NCBI GenBank assembly: GCA_043228905.1
Contig: JBHGNT010000008.1
Span: 22,382,001-22,446,000, forward strand
Source of the DNA: Azolla caroliniana
Lineage: Eukaryota > Plantae > Polypodiophyta
Direction: 5' to 3'
Length of the DNA stretch: 64,000 nt
The notes beneath the pieces were generated by a model, which made no database searches, was not told the origin of the DNA, and saw only the letters and a program-made list of their open reading frames with translations. Positions 40,421 through 48,400 of the stretch are shown piece by piece; within the stretch, counting starts at the first letter, position 1; every line of letters begins with the position of its first letter. A program made the translations under genes and the position numbers.

Positions 40421-40493
40421 TGTACAAAGTTTAGAGAGAGAGAAATAGACTAAAGACTAATTCATATTAAGAAACTTAAAAAGTAATACAAAG

Positions 40494-40555
40494 AAATGGT
40501 CGATGTGGTAAACTAGTTTCGCTCCTACGGAGCTCATCAGTGCACAAGACCATTT
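40494..40555 (-). ncRNA. Minimal type-I hammerhead ribozyme (inverted module)
   Basis: Minus strand: AAATGGTCTTGTGCA-CTGATGA-GCTCC(GTA)GGAGC-GAAAC-TA-GTT-TACCACATCGACCATTT. Confidence 0.88.
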
Positions 40556-40590
40556 AGAATTGGAGGGGTTTATATAGGGAAGATAAGGGA

Positions 40591-40643
<53 letters not shown>

Positions 40644-41220
40644 TAGTGTGTGTGTGTGTGTTCAAATTTGATGATGTAGGAGATATGGGGTTTGATATAT
40701 TTGGTGTGGGATAGAAGATTTTTTGGGGTTATTTGAAAAACATGTAGGGGAGTGTGAGAGAGAAAGAGAGAGGAAGGGTAAGAGAGAAGTGTGTGAGGTG
40801 GGAGTTAGGGATGGTGAAGTACGTTAGAATGTATGGAGATCTTTGAAAAAAGGAGGGGGGTAGGAAGAATTGGAGGGTATATTGGAAATTAAAGTGGAGG
40901 AGGAAAGGGTAGAGTGAGATTAAGAAGAATGAAAGGGGGAGGGGTACGAGAAATTTACTAAAAGAGGGAGGGGTATGAATGTAATTCTGGAAAAAAGGAA
41001 GGGGGAAAGGGGTAGATTGAAATTAATGAACGAGACAGGGGTAGAGTAAATTGACAAAGTGGGAATGAAGTGAAAAGATCACCAAGAACGATTCAAGCGC
41101 ACCCAAATCGTTTCATATACTTGGCGTGAGTTAGGGAAAGGTAGGGGTAATGTTAGAGTGGCAATGAAAAAGTAAAGGGAGGGGTAGAAGATCAAATTAG
41201 GAAAAATAAGGCTCCGGACT

Positions 41221-42005
41221 GTGTATGACAGCCGGCCTATAGATCTACAACCCCCCCTCCATGGCATGATGCACGGGACTGCACAAGGCAGCCGTCATGG
41301 ATACATGCCCCCTCTCCTCCCAACCCCACACATGTATTATGAAGAAAACAATGTCTCCCACCTATGTAACCCTAATCTTCCCCACTCCTCTCTCCCCCCA
41401 CGCAACCTCTCTGTACAAATAGCTCCCTCCTCCTCCTCCTCCCCCCCCCCCCTCCCTCTTTCTCTCACTCGTTCCCCCATCCTCCTCCTCCTACCCCCTT
41501 TTTACTTTCTAAATATTACATGGATACCCCCTCCCCCTTTTTGTCTAATTCTTACTCTACCCACCCCCCTTATGTTGAAGAATTCCATTCAAACCCCCCA
41601 CAATTTTCTTCCATTTATCACTCTACACCTCCCCCATTATCATCTAATTTTCATAATGCCCTTCCCCACCTTTTTTCAAATCCTTACCCTACCCATACCC
41701 CTTTAATTAGCCCACATCACTCTCATTATACTTATCATTCCCCCCCAACACATCCTCCATATTCAACTCATCTCCCCCCTACACATCCTCCATATTACAC
41801 TAACCCCCCCCCCCCCTTTCTTCCTAATAAAAAAACCCCCAACTTTTATTCTCACACCCCCTTTCTTCCTAACACAAAAACCCCCAACTTTTCTTCTAAC
41901 ACTCCCTCACATAAAAACTATAAACACTATCAAAATACATCAAAACCTTGTCCTCCCCCAAAACCACTAGGAGACCCACAACCTAGTAGACCAAAAAACG
42001 GTTAG
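41221..42005 (+). CDS. ORF1 of the Penelope-like element: Pro-rich low-complexity protein, one frameshift at the poly-C run (about 41440-41452)
   Basis: ORFs 41221-41706 and 41520-42005 join across a homopolymer. RTVYDSRPIDL resembles RTVDYRGVDL of copy 1. Ends SRPKNG*. Confidence 0.6.
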
Positions 42006-43978
42006 CTAGGCGTGCTAAACGCGTTAACAAACGGTTTAGACACGTCGTACACCCTAGCAAACGTTTATTCTACCTACTTAATAGATCCCCCTCCACCCAA
42101 GACACATATATGTGGTTTGGGGGAAAACAGAAACTATTTCCCTTCCTTTCACACCCCAAATCCCAAAATAAAAAACCTAGAACCAACTTCTGGAAACCTC
42201 TTACTAGTACACAAGTAATTCATAGTAAAATCCATAACCTCTCTAAACATAACCTCACTAAAAATGAAACACAATTGCTAAACCTAGGCCTTAAGTATAT
42301 CCTACCATCCCCACCTCCCTCACCCAACAATATCCTAAAAGAATTCACCCACCTCTCGAGATCCCTCAAGCTAAAACATTTTTTTAGAAATACACCTTCA
42401 CTTCCTCTCAACCCCTTCAAACTACCTAACCCTAGTTGGATGCCACCCACAGAATATCCACCCCTAGTCTCCATAATAGAAAAACACCAACACATCCTTA
42501 ACCAAATAGCACACAACACTAAGCCCATAAACACTAGAATCCCATACCACCTCTCTAGAGCCTTTAAAAGCCTCCAACACAACAAACACATTATCATCCT
42601 CCCAGCCGATAAAAATATGGGAGTATGTGTTCTAGATAAAGACACATACTACACCAAAGCCATAGAACACCTCTCGAATTCTACCACCTATAAGAGAGTC
42701 AACCACTTCCCCTTGGAAGAGTTACTATACCGCCTTAATAACATAATAACAAACCACTTAGGTACACTTTCCCCAATTGAAGCTAATTTCATCCTCCACA
42801 AACCCAAAAAAGGATATCAAGTATCCAACCTCTATTTCCTCCCTAAATTACACAAAACACCTATGGGTTTCCGGCCCATTTGTTCATATAATAACTCCTT
42901 ATTTGAACAAACATCGAAGTGGTTACACCACCAACTTTTACCAATCCTCCTTCTCCAACCACAATATCTAAAAGACTCTCACACACTAATCCAATCACTA
43001 GAAAACCTACACCCACCATCTAATAGTTTCTTATTCACGTTTGACGTTGAATCTCTCTATCCTAGTATCCCCCCTAAGTTAGGACTCCAAGCCCTACGTA
43101 GTCTAATCACCCCCCACTTTTCCCCTTCGAAAACAAATCTCATCTATACCCTTAGTGCCCTTATTTTAGAATATCACTATCTCACTTTTGATGACGTAGT
43201 TTACCAACAAATAAAAGGTACGGCCATGGGTAGCAACTTTTCAGTCGTATATGCATGCCTCTTTTTAGTATATCTCGAAAACTTACAACCATCGCCCCCC
43301 CATCTCTTCTACTTCACCCGCTATATTGATGATGCATTTGGGGTCTGGACAGGCACCAAATCTCAACTTTTAGAATATCTCGACTTTTACCCTTCACACA
43401 CAAATAACTCCATCAAGCTTACCATTCAAACTTCCCCCTTTCGGCTACCTTTTTTAGACATATGGATCAACCTCCAAAATTCATCTTTCTTATTCAATTG
43501 TTTTCAAAAACCTCTCAATTCATACCAATACTTGCCTTTTTCATCGGATCATCCTTCCCATACGAAACAACACTTTATCACTAATGAAGTGAAGAGATAT
43601 CTTATTAGAGAAAGCACCCCATTAGGTTTCTACCAAATGAAAAAACTCTTTTTCAATAGACTAGTTAACCGTGGTTACCCTCCATCCTTTATACTAAAAA
43701 GCTATAAGAAAATACCTTTTAGTCTTAGAAAAACACTCCTATATCAACCCAAAACTATTACTTCCCTTAACCCCACAATCTTTAAACTTAGATACACCAA
43801 ACATACCCCAAAACTAGGCATTCATAGTTTTCTAAAAAATCTCTATAATGACTTAATGTTAGATCCCGAGCTTACAAGCATCTCACGCCCTTTCGTATGT
43901 TGGACAAAATCTAAGTCCTTACATGCCCTCCTAGTTAAGACTAAGTTTTCAAAAAATCCACCAAAATCCTCCACTTAA
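41990..43978 (+). CDS. Penelope-like reverse transcriptase, no endonuclease; frame open from 41990, first Met at 42110 (622 aa)
   Basis: IHNLSK..LLNLGLKY, IIILPADKNMGVCVLDK, LYFLPKLHK..FRPICS, TFDVESLYPSIP, QQIKGTAMGSNFSVVYACLFL, RYIDDAFGVW, LPFLDIWI, FQKPLNSYQYLPFSSDHP, RGYP. Stops right after the thumb-domain motif (RPFVCWTKSKSLHALLV), where a GIY-YIG domain would begin. Confidence 0.95.
   Translation, partial: TKKRLARRAKRVNKRFRHVVHPSKRLFYLLNRSPSTQDTYMWFGGKQKLFPFLSHPKSQNKKPRTNFWKPLTSTQVIHSKIHNLSKHNLTKNETQLLNLGLKYILPSPPPSPNNILKEFTHLSRSLKLKHFFRNTPSLPLNPFKLPNPSWMPPTEYPPLVSIIEKHQHILNQIAHNTKPINTRIPYHLSRAFKSLQHNKHIIILPADKNMGVCVLDKDTYYTKAIEHLSNSTTYKRVNHFPLEELLYRLNNIITNHLGTLSPIEANFILHKPKKGYQVSNLYFLPKLHKTPMGFRPICSYNNSLFEQTSKWLHHQLLPILLLQPQYLKDSHTLIQSLENLHPPSNSFLFTFDVESLYPSIPPKLGLQALRSLITPHFSPSKTNLIYTLSALILEYHYLTFDDVVYQQIKGTAMGSNFSVVYACLFLVYLENLQPSPPHLFYFTRYIDDAFGVWTGTKSQLLEYLDFYPSHTNNSIKLTIQTSPFRLPFLDIWINLQNSSFLFNCFQKPLNSYQYLPFSSDHPSHTKQHFITNEVKRYLIRESTPLGFYQMKKLFFNRLVNRGYPPSFILKSYKKIPFSLRKTLLYQPKTITSLNPTIFKLRYTKHTPKLGIHSFLKNLYNDLMLDPELTSISRPFVCWTKSKSLHALLVKTKFSKNPPKSST
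41993..42058 (+). promoter_or_regulatory. Putative -1 programmed ribosomal frameshift signal
   Basis: A_AAA_AAC in the ORF1 frame, a 5-nt spacer, then hairpin GCTAGG-CGTG-CTAAAC...GTTTAG-a-CACG...CCTAGC. The RT is in the -1 frame. Confidence 0.78.
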
Positions 43979-44139
43979 AACTAAGTTTTAAAACAATCCA
44001 CCAAAATCCCCCACTTAAGACTAAATTTTCAAACAATCCACCCAAATCCCCCACTTAAGACTAAAGTTTCAAACAATCCACCCAAATCCCCCACTTAACA
44101 CTAAGTTTTCAAATAATTCACCCACATCCCCCACTTAAT
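43941..44139 (+). repeat. 40-bp tandem repeat, 5 copies, overlapping the RT stop codon
   Basis: CTAAGTTTTCAAACAATCCACC.AAATCCCCCACTTAA.A at 43941, 43981, 44021, 44061 and 44101. Confidence 0.92.
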
Positions 44140-44241
44140 ATTATCCCAAATCCCCCTTTTTCATCACATTAAAAACTCCCCCCTCACCATCATCATTATA
44201 CTAATTTCCCTTCTCTCATTCCCTATCACTTTCCTACACAC

Positions 44242-44280
<39 letters not shown>

Positions 44281-44390
44281 CCACATTCTATTCTCTCGCA
44301 TCTACTACACAAATCAAATCCTCCCCACTCCTTTTTCTCTCACTCCCTCTTCCTTCCCACCCCTTTATAAATCACATTCTCTTGTTGTAA

Positions 44391-44445
44391 TGGTCTTTGC
44401 ACTGAAGAGCTCCACTATTGAGCGAAACTAGTTTGCCTAAGACCA
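44391..44445 (+). ncRNA. Minimal type-I hammerhead ribozyme
   Basis: TGGTCTTTGCA-CTGAAGA-GCTC(CACTATT)GAGC-GAAAC-TA-GTT-TGCCTAAGACCA. Stem I is GCA/TGC plus TGGTCTT/AAGACCA. Confidence 0.9.
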
Positions 44446-44466
44446 CCACCCTCTTTGAATTAAAAA

Positions 44467-44512
<46 letters not shown>

Positions 44513-45359
44513 GTGTATGTTGCCTACTTTCTCTTGTTTAGCTTCAGCACCCTCTAATTGTCTTGTGCCTATCTCTACGCACTCCTTGTTTCCACCATTT
44601 GGTTCTAGTAAGAAATTAGTAAATTAGAGGAGGGAGTTGAGAAGAGGTCGTGAGTAAATTAAAATGTTCATACCTGGCTCCTGTGATATCGGATTTCAGT
44701 GTTCAAACATGCGAATCGAAGCTAACAATGCTACCTATGATATGGAATAAAAAAATCATGATTCCGAAACTCAGGTCGAGAGACATGAAGAAATTCGCGA
44801 ATTAGAGGAGGGAGTTGAGAAGAGCCCGAGAGTAAATTAAAACGTTCATACCTGGCTCCTGTGATCCTGGATTTTTGTGTTCAAAGATTGGAATCGAAGC
44901 TAACAACAGTAGCTATGATATGGAATTAAAAAATCAAGATTTTGAAACTCAGGTCGACAGACATCAAGAAATTACCAAATTTGAGGAGGGAGTTGAGAAG
45001 AGCGCGTGAGTAAATTAAAATATTCATACCTGGCTCGTGTGATATCGGATTTTTGTGTTCAAAGATGCGAATCGAAGCTAACAACGCTAGCTATGATATG
45101 GAATTAAAAAATCACGATTTTGAAACTCAGGTGAGAGACATGAAGAAATTAATAAATTAGAGGAGGGAGGAGAGAAGAGCTCGTGAGTAAATTAAAATGT
45201 TCATATCTGGCTCCTGTGATATCGGATTTCAGTGTTCAAACATGCGAATCGAAGCTAAACACGCTAGCTATGATATGGAATTAGAAAAACAAGATTTTAA
45301 AACTCAGGTTGACAGACATGAAGAAATTACCAAATTTCAGGACGGAGTTGAGGAAAGCG

Positions 45360-45471
45360 TTGTCGAGGTATTCCTCGCGGATGCGTGGAAAGAGGCGTAA
45401 CCTCGGGGGTCCTGTACCAAAGAGCAAGAGAGGAGGGGAAGAATCCCTCTACGTGCGAGCGTAGATCCACA
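45360..45471. other. 112-bp GC-rich non-satellite patch, possibly a truncated LTR end
   Basis: TGTCGAGG...GATCCACA is unrelated to the monomer; no TSD. Confidence 0.6.
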
Positions 45472-48400
45472 GATTTTGAAACTCAGGTCGATACACATGA
45501 AGAAATAACCAAATTTGAGGAGGGAGTTGAGAAGAGCGCGTGAGTAAATTATAAAGTTCATAGATGGCTCGTGTGATATCGGATTTTAGTGTTCAAACAT
45601 GCGAATCGAAGCTAACAAGGCTAGCTATGATATGGAATTAAAAAATTTGGATTTTGAAACTCATGTGAGAGACATGAAGAAATTAGTAAATTAGAGGAGG
45701 GAGTTGAGAAGAGTCCGAGAGTAAATTAAAATGCTCATAGCTGGCTCGTGTGATATCGGATTTTAGTGTTCAAAGATGCGAATCGAAGCTAACAACGCTA
45801 CCTATGATATGGAATTAAAAAATCAAGATATTGAAACGCAGGTCGTCAGACATGAAGAAAAATTAGTAAATTAGAGGAGGGAGTTGAGAAGAGGTCGTGA
45901 GTAAATTAAAATGTCCATACCTGGATCCTGTGATCCCGGATTTTTGTGTTCAAAGATGCGAATCGAAGCTAACAACGCTAACTATGATATGGAATATAAA
46001 AAATCAAGATTTTAAAACTCATGTCGACAGACATGAAGAAATTACAAAATTTGAGGAGGGAGTTGAGAAAAGCCCGAGAGTAGATTAAAATGTTAATATC
46101 TGGCTCGTGTGATATCGGATTTTAGTGTCCAAACATGCGAATAGAAGCTAACAATGCTACCTATGATATGGAATTAAAAAATCAAGATTTTGAAACTCAG
46201 GTGAGAGACATGAAGAAATTAGTAAATTAAAGGAGGGAGTTGAGAAGAGCCCGAGAGTAAATTAAAATGTTCATAGCTAGCTCATGTGATATCGGAATTT
46301 TAGTGTTCAAAGATGCGAATCGAAGCTAACAATGCTACCTATGATATGGAATTAAAAAATCAAGATTTTGAAACTCAGGTCGATAGACCTGAAGAAATTA
46401 CAAAATTAGAGGAGGGAGTTGAGAAAAGCTCGTGAGTAAATTAAAATATTCATACCTGGCTCGTGTGATATCGGATTTCTGTGTTCAAAGATGCGAATCG
46501 AAGCTAACAACACTAGCTATAATATCGAATTAAAAAATCAAGATTTTGAAACTCAGGTCGAGAGACATGAATAAATTAGTAAATTAGAGGAGGGGATTGA
46601 GAAGAGCTCGTGAGTAAACTAAAATGTTCATACCTGGCTCCTGTGATCCCGGATTATTGTGTTCAAAGATTCGAATCGAAGCTAACAACAGTAGCTATGA
46701 TATCGAATTAAAAAATCAAGATTTTGAAACTCAGGTCGAGAGACATGACGAAATTACCAAATTTGAGGAGTGAGTTGAGAAGAGCTAGTAGGTATATTTA
46801 AATGTTCATACCTGGCTCGTGTGATATTGGATTGTTGTGTTCAAACATGCGAATCGAAGCTAACAACGCTAGCTATGATATGGAATTAAAAAATCAATAT
46901 TTTGAAACTCAGGTGGAGAGACATGACGAAAATAGCAAACTTGATGAGGGAGTTGATAGGAGCCCTTGAGTAAATTAAAATGTTCATACCCAGCTCGTGT
47001 GATATCGGATTTTTGTGTTAAAAGATGGGAATCGAAGCTAACAATAGTAGCTATGATATGGAATTAAAAAATCAAGATTTTGAAACTCAGATCGACAGAT
47101 ATGAAGAAATTACCAAATTTGAGGAGGGAGTTGAGAAGAGCGCGTGAGTAAATTCAAATGTTGATACCTGGCCCATGTGATATGCAATTTTGGTGTTCCA
47201 ACATGCGAATCGAAGCTAACAACAGTAGCTATGATATGGAATTAAAAAATCAACATTTTGAAATTCAGGTCGAGAGACATGAAGAAATTAGTAAATTAGA
47301 GAAGGGAGTTGAGAAGAGCTGGTGAGTAAATTAAAATGTTCATACCTGGCTCGTGTGATATCAGATTTTTTTTGTTCAAAGACGCGAATCGAAGCTAATA
47401 ACAGTAGTTATGATATGGAATTAAAAAATCAAGATTTTGAAACTCAGGTCGATAGACATGAAGAAATTACCAAATTAGAGCAGGGAGTTGCGAAAACCTC
47501 GTGAGTAAATTAAAATGTTCATACCTGGCTCATGTGATATCGGATTTCTGTGTTCAAAGATGCGAATCGAAGCTAACAATGCTACCTATGATATGGAATT
47601 CAAAAATCAAGATTTTGAAACTCAGGTCGAGAGACATGAAGAAATTAGTAAATTAGAGGAGGGAGTGGAGAAGAGCTCGTGAGTAAATTAAAATGTTCAT
47701 ACCTGGCTCGTGTGATATCGGATTTTAGTGTCCAAACATGCGAATCGAAGCTAACAACGCTACCTATGATATGGAATGAAAAAATCAAGATTTTGAAACT
47801 CAGGTGAGAGACATGAAGAAATTAGTAAATTAAAGGAGGGAGTTGAGAAGAGCGCGAGAGTAAACTAAATTGTTCATAGCTGTCTCGTGTGATATCGGAT
47901 TTTAGTGTTCAAAGATACGAATCGAAGCTAACAACGATACCTCTGATTTGGAATTAATAAATCAAGATTTTGAAACGCAGGTCGTCAGACATGAAGAAAA
48001 ATTAGTAAATTAGAGGAGGGAGTTGAGGAGAGGTCGTGAGTAAATTAAAATGTTCATACCTGGATCCTGTGATCCCAGATTTTTGTGTTCAAAGATGCGA
48101 ATCGAAGCTAACAACGCTACCTATGATATGGAATATAAAAAATTAAGATTTTAAAACTCACGTCGACAGACATGAAGAAATTACAAAATTTGAGGAGGGA
48201 GTTAAGAAAAGCCCGAGAGTAGATTAAAATGTTGATACCTAGCCCATGTGAGATGCGATTTTAGTGTTCCAACATGCGAATCGAAGCTAACAACAGTAGC
48301 TATGATATGGAATTAAAAAATAAACATTTTGAAATTCAGGTCGAGAGACATGAAGAAATTAGTAAATTAGAGGAGGGAGTTGAGAGCAGCTGGTGAGTAA

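Larger units (their letters stand above)
40101..44609 (+). mobile_element. Endonuclease-deficient Penelope-like retroelement, copy 2 (sense module about 41210-44609) with an inverted 3'-end module from a related family (40101 to about 41210)
   Basis: Intact RT ORF, upstream ORF1 and 3' hammerhead cassette; a second hammerhead cassette in opposite orientation at the left end. The satellite stops at about 40099 and resumes at 44610 with about 50 bp missing and no TSD. Confidence 0.93.

Noticed and set aside
42110-43978. RT as telomerase, LINE, retron or group II intron RT
   Set aside because: The ADK, LPKLHK..RPI, GTAMGS, RYIDD and QKP..YLP..S.HP motifs plus hammerheads fit Penelope-like RTs; there is no APE/RLE domain, TRBD, maturase or retron context.
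44434-44609. Panhandle between the hammerhead 3' arm and the terminal tail
   Set aside because: Only 4-6 bp of complementarity in each module, within chance.
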